A stretch of DNA of 64,000 bases from Synechococcus sp. (GTDB lineage: Bacteria; Cyanobacteriota; Cyanobacteriia; PCC-6307; Cyanobiaceae): NCBI GenBank assembly GCA_047284725.1, contig JBJBEO010000001.1:736001-800000 (forward strand). Direction: 5' to 3'. The position numbers were made by a program, and so were the translations under genes. Shown piece after piece: positions 49,770 through 57,825 of this stretch; within the stretch, counting starts at the first letter, position 1, and every line of letters starts with the position of its first letter. The notes beneath the pieces are model-generated. The model had not been told where the DNA came from. It did no database searches and saw only the letters and a program-made list of their open reading frames with translations.

Positions 49770-50233
49770 AGGCCGCCCCTCCCTAGTGGAAAGACGGCCT
49801 ACCTCGCTCGTTTGTGCATAGCAATCGACCTAATCAGTGATGCTGTATCCGTGAAGCGTGGTTGCTTACCGAAGAACAGTGAACTGAAAGAAGAAGGTCG
49901 AAGCGACTTGGCTATGGCATCCCTGGGGCCATGACGTCCAAGTGTGTGGCGTTGTATCCCCGGGTCACCTTTCGCGCGGTGATGTGGGGTGTCGATTGAC
50001 GTGGCGTACAGCTAAGTGCCTGCCAAAAGACCGTGCCTCACGGGTGGGTGGAAACTGTTGGAGCAGGGGCCAGAAAGTCAGTCTGCTTCTGCAATCTGGT
50101 TGGGTGGAGTGTCGACTGTCATCAGCGCCTCCGATCTCGATGACCACACTCTCCACCCGCTACGCCGAACTGCCTACCCGTTGTCTTGCTCATTGCCTTC
50201 AGATCGGAATCCACCGACACTGAGACCGGCGTG
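49770..50233 (+). ncRNA. Putative large structured ncRNA, copy B
   Basis: Homologous to 44317-44731, with an extra ~45 nt inserted inside one stem. Confidence 0.65.
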
Positions 50234-50472
50234 CCGAGGGTCAGCTGGAACGCAGCCGTGACAACTCACGTGACGCCCTGATCACCTGGTGTCTGTCATC
50301 TGAGAATTCGATCACGGCCTCCAAGTCAGCCATTTGCTGAGCATTTCCATATCTCGCAACTCACCAGCAGCATTAGATTCTTCCGATATCTCAGCAACTA
50401 GTATTTTCACTAGCTTCTTTCGATCAGTGCTAGGCACCGTAGATTTGTCCAAAGCCGTCTCTAGCTGAATCC

Positions 50473-50667
50473 GTGGAGCTATTCTTCGCTCTTGGTATCC
50501 CTGCCATTTTATTGATCGGGAGCGCGTTTCTCTTGGCTAATGGGAATGGTCAGTTACGGACAAAGCTTCTGCGTTTTGCAACCAGTGGACCACTATCTCA
50601 GGCATGGAATTTTGGCATCATCTTCATGGTCGTTGTCTCGATCATTGTTTACGTAGCTAGACGATGA
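50473..50667 (+). CDS. Small 2-TM membrane protein
   Basis: Two hydrophobic segments. Confidence 0.5.
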   Translation: MELFFALGIPAILLIGSAFLLANGNGQLRTKLLRFATSGPLSQAWNFGIIFMVVVSIIVYVARR

Positions 50668-50737
50668 TGCTGCTGAATTAGGTCTTGACGTTTTGCACTC
50701 TGTTCGGCATAAATGGCATAACGATATCGGCTGTTCA

Positions 50738-51106
50738 ATGCTTACTGGTACTGAACTCTTGGCTAAGGTCAAAGACCTTGGTGACGTCTCCAAATCCGAC
50801 TTGGCTACTGCCTGTGGCTACGTGTCGGACAAAAAGGATGGTGGCCAGAGGGTCAACTTCACAGCCTTTTATGAGGCCCTCCTGAACGCCAAAGGAATTG
50901 ACCTTGGATCTGGTGGTGGTGCCGGTCTTGGCAAAGGCGGAAGAAAGCTGTCCTACACAGCCAAGGTGCAGGGAAACGGGAATCTGCTGATCGGCAAGGC
51001 GTATACCGCAATGCTGGATCTGACTCCCGGTGACGAATTCGATATCAAACTCGGCAAGAAGGCAATCCGTCTGATCCCTGTTGGGGGTACTGAAGAGGAG
51101 GAGTGA
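50738..51106 (+). CDS. cyAbrB family transcriptional regulator
   Basis: MLTGTELLAKVK...ACGY...FYEALLNAKG...VQGNGNLLIGKAYT...GDEFDIKLG. Confidence 0.92.
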   Translation: MLTGTELLAKVKDLGDVSKSDLATACGYVSDKKDGGQRVNFTAFYEALLNAKGIDLGSGGGAGLGKGGRKLSYTAKVQGNGNLLIGKAYTAMLDLTPGDEFDIKLGKKAIRLIPVGGTEEEE

Positions 51107-51318
51107 CTTCCAAAGTCACCTTTCATCCCTGTTGGTGGCGCTGACTGAGACTCAGGAGGCCAACCGAACCTTTCCTGACGGTTCTCCTACTCCTCAATTC
51201 GATTCGTCTGATCGAAGGTGGATGAGTCGAGTCATGAGGGCACATGACCTCTGAGGAGTGGGAACTCTCAGGGGTCTTTTTTTGCATCCCTGTTAGTGGC
51301 GCTGAAGAGGAGGAGTGA
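51074..51318 (+). repeat. Three copies of the cyAbrB 3' end
   Basis: ATCCCTGTT..GG..CTGA at 51074, 51125 and 51286; copies 1 and 3 both end GAAGAGGAGGAGTGA. Confidence 0.8.
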
Positions 51319-51910
51319 GTTAGACCTTTACCGGAGGAACACATCCGTATGAGAGGTGCTTTGTCGGCACCTCTTTTTTTCGGGTCTCCTATTGTCCCTT
51401 TTCGAGTTTTGTCTCACTGATAAGACTAACCTGTCCTTCCTTTTCGACCGCCACGTTTTTCAAGCTTCCTCCTTAGTCTGCGCCCAGAATGGGCTTTTCA
51501 ATGATCAATGTTGGTTATGCCACTCTGAAATGGTGGAAGGAACGCATTGATCAATTAACCAGTCAAGGGCTTCGAGAAGAGGCATTTGCCCTTTATTTGG
51601 AATTCACGTCAGACGGTTGCGAGCTTTAGAACTCCTTCCTGAGACGAGGGTGTTTTGCCCCAGGCTCTCGATGCATGAAAAATTTGAGAGAGGGGTAAAT
51701 GGCGTCTCAACATCTCCTGTTTCTGGAGCGGGTCAAGTCCCAAGCTTTTTAATACTCCAAGAGGGTAGGGCGCCATCGATGCATTGAAGAGAGCACCCTC
51801 TGACCGCCAATCAGAGGGCTTTTCAATGGCCGCGCAGAATCAGAACAACGCCCAAGCTGCCATTTTTTGCACGTCCACCTGCAGGCGGAGGCGTTCTTAC
51901 TCGGCAATCC

Positions 51911-52258
51911 TCACCGCCGCCAACCCCGTGGCGTTGATGTCGTGCTCAAGCCACACAAATTCGACAGTTCCCTGACGGCGCCAACGACAGCAGCAGGTTG
52001 CCCACGTCTTGCGGCATCACCCGCTGTCTCCTGCAACGTATGAACAGCCCAAGCCACCAGGTCCTTGCGATCAAGCGGCTGAACGTCAGCACGGATTTGT
52101 TCCCATGCACGGGCTAGGAGCCTGTGACACTGCCGCTGACTCAATCCCCATTCGTCTGCCGCAAACCTGACGGCGGTGCTGTTGCTGCTGCCGCTAAGGA
52201 TCATTGCCTTGAGAGTTGCGACCCTGTCAGCGATCTGTTTGTTGGTGGATCGGGGCAT
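51911..52258 (-). CDS. Small terminase-like HTH protein
   Basis: EWGLSQRQCHRLLARAWEQI...DRKDLVA; resembles 55955-56275; terS assignment inferred from element context. Confidence 0.6.
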   Translation of the reverse strand: MPRSTNKQIADRVATLKAMILSGSSNSTAVRFAADEWGLSQRQCHRLLARAWEQIRADVQPLDRKDLVAWAVHTLQETAGDAARRGQPAAVVGAVRELSNLCGLSTTSTPRGWRR

Positions 52259-52562
52259 CGCACTCGGTTAGTTGAACTTGAACGGTCAGCTCGCGCAGTG
52301 TTGTCCTCATCGCAGCGGCAAACAGGATGATCAGATCAGGTAGCAGCTCAGGGAAGGTGCCTTGCTGTTTGGCTGATTCAGCAGTGTCGGCACACCCTTA
52401 ACCAGTCTGGTGAGTGCCGCGGCCAACCAGTGCGTGAGCTGAAGCAGTGCCAGTTTCTACCGACTGGCAAAACACGAAAACCCTCTGTTTCTCAATCACT
52501 AGTGAGGGCGGACTGCACAAATGCCCCTTTCCCTGACCCAAGGGTGACAAGCCACCACAAAC

Positions 52563-52877
52563 TTATTGGCATTGATCGCTTACATGATCAGCGGCTTCTT
52601 TGTCGCCAAGATAAGATGCTTTTCTCCAGTCTGAACAGGCGCCATTTAGATCTCCGTCCATTTCCTTTGCGATTCCGCGATTGTAGTAAGCATCACCATC
52701 CCGCGGATCAATCTTTATGGCCTTATCACAATCAGCAATTGCCCCCTGATAATCAGTTAATAAATACCTAACAGCACAACCAAGGACATATTTGTCAGCC
52801 GTAGAATAACCACAACCGGTCGATCCAATCGCTAGCACAGGCAGCAAAAAAGCAATAGCAGTATTCCTGTAAGGCAT
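52563..52877 (-). CDS. TPR-repeat lipoprotein-like protein
   Basis: DYQGAIADCDKAIKIDP..AYYNRG..GACSDWRKA. Confidence 0.8.
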   Translation of the reverse strand: MPYRNTAIAFLLPVLAIGSTGCGYSTADKYVLGCAVRYLLTDYQGAIADCDKAIKIDPRDGDAYYNRGIAKEMDGDLNGACSDWRKASYLGDKEAADHVSDQCQ

Positions 52878-53057
52878 TTAAGGGGGTGTTCACCTCCATC
52901 AAGATAGGAGGGCGGCACTTCGTCCCTAAGTCGCGGCTTTGCCGCGGCCAACTAGCGGATGAGTTGAGTGGTCTGAATCGCACCACCCGTGAGACGATGG
53001 ATGTATCAACAGGGCATCGTCTCTCGCGCCGGTTGATCACCACAGCATTCACAACCA

Positions 53058-53198
53058 ATGACCAGCGCCGATCGAGTGGTGGTCCTCTACGAGCTCTACA
53101 CGAAGCTCGATGAGTTGATCACCGCTGAGGAGATGGAGGCGTATCCATTCCTCGAACACCTGGCCGACTTAAATGAAGACCTGGAGGGCGACGCCTGA
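53058..53198 (+). CDS. Small acidic hypothetical protein (46 aa)
   Basis: MTSADRVVVLYELYTKLDELITAEEMEAYPFLEHLADLNEDLEGDA; preceded by hairpin GAGACGATG/CATCGTCTC. Confidence 0.45.
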   Translation: MTSADRVVVLYELYTKLDELITAEEMEAYPFLEHLADLNEDLEGDA

Positions 53199-53362
53199 TC
53201 TCTCACCCCTGTGCACTGTCCTGGCTGGCGATCCTGATCACACTTCCAGTGATCGTGCTCGCCTGGGCCTGCGAATCGAAATCACAACAGATCCGTTGAT
53301 GGCGCTTATGTGGTCAGACCTGGGCTACCGTCGCCGCTCCTTGTTTTGGAAATATTTATGCT

Positions 53363-53773
53363 TTATTGATTGTTAGGGCATGGAAAACGTCTTCTGTTTA
53401 TAGGCACAAGTTTCCTCTCCATGTCACTCAGCAATTCATCGGAATAGTTTAGCTTGCAAGACAAGCAGCCCCTTTCGGACGCTAATTGTTTTGCTCTCTG
53501 GAACAAGAGAACATCATTTTTGTATGCGGATGGATCTTCTTTTGCCCATTCCTTATTTTGCTCTACATGGGTGATTGCTATGGCAAGTACATCTATTCCA
53601 CCGTATTCATAGTTTTTGCAATAAATGTCTGCATATGTTTCTGATCCGCTTCTTACGTATTCCTCGTCGATTAAGTTGGCGCTTGCTTCAGTGTGCAGGC
53701 TTGATGAAGTGAATATTGAAATTAGCGAAAAAATAAGAAGCGGTCTTTTCACGAGGGCGACTCGACTATGCAA
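53363..53773 (-). CDS. Secreted hypothetical protein
   Basis: Signal-like N-terminus, AT-rich 136-aa ORF. Confidence 0.55.
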   Translation of the reverse strand: MHSRVALVKRPLLIFSLISIFTSSSLHTEASANLIDEEYVRSGSETYADIYCKNYEYGGIDVLAIAITHVEQNKEWAKEDPSAYKNDVLLFQRAKQLASERGCLSCKLNYSDELLSDMERKLVPINRRRFPCPNNQ

Positions 53774-53863
53774 ATTTTACAAATGGATGCAGGTCATTGT
53801 TGGTCTCCGACCTAAAACCTAGTCAAGTGTGGTTTTTGGTTTGGTTGAGCATGGAACAGCAAA

Positions 53864-53982
53864 CCTCAACACGATTAATGTCCCCACCTAGGGGTATCGA
53901 TTCCTCATGGATCGGGAGTTGAATCCGCTGGCGGGGCTTTGACGGCACGGAGGGATCCCACAGAGCACCTGCCTTTTCGCCC
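53864..53982 (+). ncRNA. Three-hairpin repeated motif, copy 3 (3'-truncated)
   Basis: Matches copy 2 as far as the 5' arm of hairpin 3. Confidence 0.5.
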
Positions 53983-54037
53983 AATGATGTTGAGTGTTAA
54001 CATCATTTACAAGTATGTTTAATTCTAAATCAAAAGC

Positions 54038-54355
54038 ATGCTCAATGCCTCTGTTGTTGTTTGCTCAATTGGAATTGCTTTTAATTTTTTTATTCAGCTT
54101 TTTTTGAATGGCTTGGTCCTTATTTCTCCTTGTGATATGCCTTGGATGGAAGGATATGGCGATGATTGTTGGTCTACTAGCGGGATTATGATATTTCATC
54201 ATCTTGCATGCTCTGTCGCCCTATTTGTCTCAGGCTTAGCGGGCTCGCTTTTGCTCCTCAAGAGCACAAGGCGCGAGAAATCCTCCTATGCAATTTGTAG
54301 TGCTGTTTTATTTGGATCTTTTGTCCAACTAATTAATGCATTGATGTATTTTTGA
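54038..54355 (+). CDS. Small membrane protein
   Basis: Three hydrophobic segments. Confidence 0.5.
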   Translation: MLNASVVVCSIGIAFNFFIQLFLNGLVLISPCDMPWMEGYGDDCWSTSGIMIFHHLACSVALFVSGLAGSLLLLKSTRREKSSYAICSAVLFGSFVQLINALMYF

Positions 54356-54655
54356 TCTAATAGTGTCTTTTGTGATTTTGCAGGATTGACCTTATGATCT
54401 CGATGTTCTTTTGATCTCCATCGCCTACATCCCCCACCGATGCTTAGAGCTGAGCTAAAAGCCCACTAGCGGCTCAGCCAAGGTGGCCCGATCAAAGAGC
54501 CAGTACATGTACTTCTTCCGCTAAGCCTACACCCGTAGATTGACCAAGTAATATCTATTCTTTGCCTGCAAGCAGTTGCGCGGAACTTCAGTGTGTTGAG
54601 GGAGGATCTGCTGAAACTATATAAATCCATGCTATAAATAGATTTTTATTGTTGA

Positions 54656-55024
54656 ATGACTGCAACAATTGAGGTCACAGCCCTGACACCAGAATCGTTC
54701 GAGTCTTTAAAAATACGAGAAGGCATCATGCTAGAGGGAGAGACAGTCACCGTCTCCTACAAAGGCATTAGAGACATGCTAATTCTCACCAACAAAAGAT
54801 TGCTGCTTGTCGACAAGCAAGGATTGACGGGGAAAAAGCAAAAATACTTGTCAATCCCCCTTGACAAAATCAATGCATTTTCTGTTGAGACTGGTGGTAC
54901 ATTGGATTTCGATTGTGATATTGACATTTACGTCTCTGGGATGGGCTATGTGCATGCAGAAATAATGAGACCCACTAAAAATATGGATCCGCTTGTGGAC
55001 GCCCTAAACGATCTTCTCTTTTAA
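54656..55024 (+). CDS. Bacterial PH domain protein
   Basis: RDMLILTNKRLLLVDKQGLTGKK...SIP...FSVETGGTLD. Confidence 0.85.
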   Translation: MTATIEVTALTPESFESLKIREGIMLEGETVTVSYKGIRDMLILTNKRLLLVDKQGLTGKKQKYLSIPLDKINAFSVETGGTLDFDCDIDIYVSGMGYVHAEIMRPTKNMDPLVDALNDLLF

Positions 55025-55584
55025 ATCTAAATATCGTCGAACAAAAAAGAACGTTACTCACCATTTGGAGCATAAGTCTGTCAAGTACGTCACCTTTTTT
55101 GTTCGACAGCTTTGCGGCGAATGATCGCCTCCAATGGTGATTCGGGCCTTTGGTTCAGCTCTTTGAGTGCGTAGCAGTCTGAAGGTGCGGCTTTCAGCGC
55201 AACTAGCACACCACAAGCAGTCTCACGAATCTGGACACAGCACAACGCTGCATTGGACACTTGTTAGCGCAGCAGTCTCAACCCTTGAGACAGATGAACT
55301 CAGTCATGGCAGGCATAACTGGCACGCCATGTCCTGCGTATCTGTGTATCAAGCAAGGCATCCACTCTGCTGGGGAATCTTCCAGTTCCATTTCGGACCT
55401 GCGTGAAACCGCTGCTCTGGTCAACTTGCCGGGGGGAGGGCGAGACCCTAACTACATCCAGCTAACTAGCGTCTTGACATCTGAGGCAAGGGCTTGGGCT
55501 CATTCTGTTTTCATGCTCGCCTCAGTTTTTTCTCAGCAAGCTGACAGAATGACATGAAATCATAAGCACTGATTCTTTTTAAGA

Positions 55585-55806
55585 ATGCCTCTAGAGCCAA
55601 ACGGTCTGAACGATACAGTTGAAAGAATTGGAGGCAAAATCCTCTTCCAAATCACTGACGAAGAAGGCCGCCAATCCATGGGTAATGGCAATAGCAATTA
55701 CATTGCTACGGACATCTTGGCAGACCAAGTCCTTGGCGTAACTACCACCCTCGTGGAAGCAAACAAATTTGTTGACGAATTTGTTGATCCCCTCGGTTTG
55801 GCCTGA
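55585..55806 (+). CDS. Small hypothetical protein
   Basis: 73-aa ORF followed by an intrinsic terminator. Confidence 0.55.
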   Translation: MPLEPNGLNDTVERIGGKILFQITDEEGRQSMGNGNSNYIATDILADQVLGVTTTLVEANKFVDEFVDPLGLA

Positions 55807-55826
55807 AAAGTCATTAGTCACTTGTC

Positions 55827-55856
55827 AAGACCTGTCTCAATGTCAGGTCTTTTTTT
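55827..55856 (+). terminator. Rho-independent terminator
   Basis: AAGACCTG/CAGGTCTT stem plus T-run. Confidence 0.6.
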
Positions 55857-55954
55857 ATGTCATAATTCCTTTGCTCTTAAGGGTTTGAGACGCACGTGTA
55901 GATGGTATTTGGCATCAATGCCTATGCTTGACAGCTTGATGGATCTCGGCCTAC

Positions 55955-56275
55955 TCACTTGAGCACCTGTGCCAACTCACACTGAAGCCTGATTGTCCCA
56001 ATCATTGCGGAATGGTTTTCACGCTTGGCTGATTTCATGAGCACGTCTTCAAGTTGGAAGAGTTTGCGAGCCATGAACTCTTTTCTATCTTCATCGACAG
56101 CTTCTTTGATCGCATCCTTTGCTTTACGGATAAGGAGGTCAACGCCACCGCGTTTCAGCCCCCACTCTGTTCGTCCGTGTTCAAGCAATCCAGGGCGTTG
56201 CACACCGTTAGCGATCATGTAGACAAACTGTTGAACGCGGAGTTCAGTCTCGGCTTGAGTGGCTTTTCTTCCCAT
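55955..56275 (-). CDS. Second small terminase-like HTH protein
   Basis: EWGLKRGGVDLLIRKAKDAI...DRKEFMA; same pattern as 51911-52258. Confidence 0.6.
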   Translation of the reverse strand: MGRKATQAETELRVQQFVYMIANGVQRPGLLEHGRTEWGLKRGGVDLLIRKAKDAIKEAVDEDRKEFMARKLFQLEDVLMKSAKRENHSAMIGTIRLQCELAQVLK

Positions 56276-56545
56276 GGATTCATTCTGCCAAGGGTTTAAT
56301 GTCCGATGAGCCCATTTCATTCTTCAAGCTTTGGCCCTTAAGTAGACGGCTGATATGTAGTTAATAAGCGCATCGTGACGAGCAGTCACGCAAAGCTAAT
56401 GGCAACCACTAATGGATCCAGCAAATCCTTCAGCTTGGAACTGCTTCAGCAATGCACTGCCAACAACATGGATGGGGATCGTGTCTTCTGACTACTCAAC
56501 AGCAGGACTAGCGATTAACACTATTCTACAGAAGTTCGTTCGCAT

Positions 56546-56860
56546 TTAATACGAAGGGGAAGCAACATGGTCGATTGACTTATTTGATTTGATGCATTCT
56601 TCGGCCCAGTCCGGATTCCTTATCAGTTCATCCACTTCTTCTATTCCCGTTGAAGATATCACTTTACCGCTTAATTCTAACTCGTGAATCATGGATCTTG
56701 CCCTGCAGGGATCAAAGCGACTGACTGTCCTAGAGTCTTCGATCCAGGCGGCAATAAACCAGATTGGGGTGGCGATGACAACGCTGCAGGCGGCGATGAC
56801 AAAGCCCTTGGTGGTCGTGTCCATGTAGTCCAGTCTGCCCGGTCCTGATGCGAGTGTCAC
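56546..56860 (-). CDS. Small hypothetical protein with N-terminal TM
   Basis: MDTTTKGFVIAACSVVIATPIWF leader. Confidence 0.5.
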   Translation of the reverse strand: MTLASGPGRLDYMDTTTKGFVIAACSVVIATPIWFIAAWIEDSRTVSRFDPCRARSMIHELELSGKVISSTGIEEVDELIRNPDWAEECIKSNKSIDHVASPSY

Positions 56861-56929
56861 ATCTCGCCTTCGTCTGACTAGGTCCGAACGTGCCTAAGTT
56901 TGCAGGCTCTAGGCGCCGCTAGAACGAGC

Positions 56930-56972
56930 CTGCTCTAAAAACTGCTCTAAAAAATTAATACTTTTGCTCTAA
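56930..56972 (+). repeat. CTGCTCTAAA repeats, putative integrase arm-type sites (right)
   Basis: Copies at 56930, 56942 and partial at 56965. Confidence 0.75.
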
Positions 56973-57006
56973 GCTAGTTGCGCCAATGGGTTTGAGCCAA
57001 AGATTG

Positions 57007-57053
57007 CCTGCATGGCATGCAGGGGGTCAGGAGTTCGAGTCTCCTTGGCTCCA
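57007..57053 (+). repeat. attR (duplicated tRNA-Ala 3' 47 bp)
   Basis: Identical to 30778-30824; lacks the tRNA 5' half. Confidence 0.95.
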
Positions 57054-57430
57054 CTAGGTTTTTAACCAGTGGGACATCCCTGACAGATCAAAACCGTGAG
57101 AGCGGGTGTCGCAACAGGGCATCTACCCTCAGGGCACGTTCTACGGCACTTGGTTCAGCTTCCAGACCAGCGACCCGTGGTGAAACGCCTCCATCGAGAC
57201 GTCTTGGAAGACCCGAAGGCGTAGGGATCCATCGGCTCGCAAAACAACCTCAACTCACCCACCAGCACCGTGAAAGCAGTTCTGGATGTGTTCTCCTTCG
57301 AGAATGAATCAAAATGTGGACGATTTTGAACACGTGAACCCAGATCAGATGCTGAAGCATTGGTCTTGGCACCCTGAGGTGTTGCACGATCACGATTAAG
57401 GGTCGTTAGCAGACACAGGCTTAAACTCAG

Positions 57431-57742
57431 TTGGATGCAACCAAAAGGACGATGAAAATCAGCACTCTTGCAGTTGCTGGCGCTATAGCAGTCTTCTCGA
57501 TCGCTTTCCCAAAAAGTGCCGAGGCAGAAACCTATGAATTTTGGTACGCATATCAGGCTGGAGGATTAGCCATGCTGTGTGACCTGCACATGAATGGGAT
57601 TATTTCGACGAACACTCTCAAGCAAGCGAAAAGCAATTTCACGAAACCTAGTCTCAATGTCCCTAAAGCAGCCACAAGAGATGCCATCAAGGTGATCCTG
57701 AACTATGAAGACTTCAAGAATTGCCCCATCAGCAGCCCCTGA
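57431..57742 (+). CDS. Secreted hypothetical protein
   Basis: Signal peptide MKISTLAVAG...AEA; two Cys. Confidence 0.6.
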   Translation: MDATKRTMKISTLAVAGAIAVFSIAFPKSAEAETYEFWYAYQAGGLAMLCDLHMNGIISTNTLKQAKSNFTKPSLNVPKAATRDAIKVILNYEDFKNCPISSP

Positions 57743-57825
57743 TCAATCGTCTGCCGGCATCAAAGACTGACTCCTGCCAGGTTCCGCGATCGGAGGGGTA
57801 GGAAGCCTCCCGGTCTCAGGTTCCC

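Larger units (their letters stand above)
30778..57053 (+). mobile_element. ~26 kb tRNA-Ala-integrated element (tycheposon/PICI-like)
   Basis: Identical 47-bp direct repeat at both ends, integrase next to the tRNA, excisionase, AAA replication protein, terS-like genes, mosaic cargo. Confidence 0.88.

Noticed and set aside
50310..50455. Further terS-like fragment (DRKKLVKILVAEISEES, minus strand)
   Set aside because: Similarity limited to a few residues; cannot be supported by eye
54503..54514. AGTACATGTACT as a LexA box
   Set aside because: Perfect palindrome, but the spacer is 2 bp shorter than the cyanobacterial consensus
57007..57053. Second tRNA-Ala gene
   Set aside because: Only the 3' 47 bp are present, with no 5' acceptor strand or D arm; it is attR
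30778..57053. Complete prophage or conjugative ICE
   Set aside because: No recognisable large terminase, portal, tail, lysis, relaxase or T4SS genes
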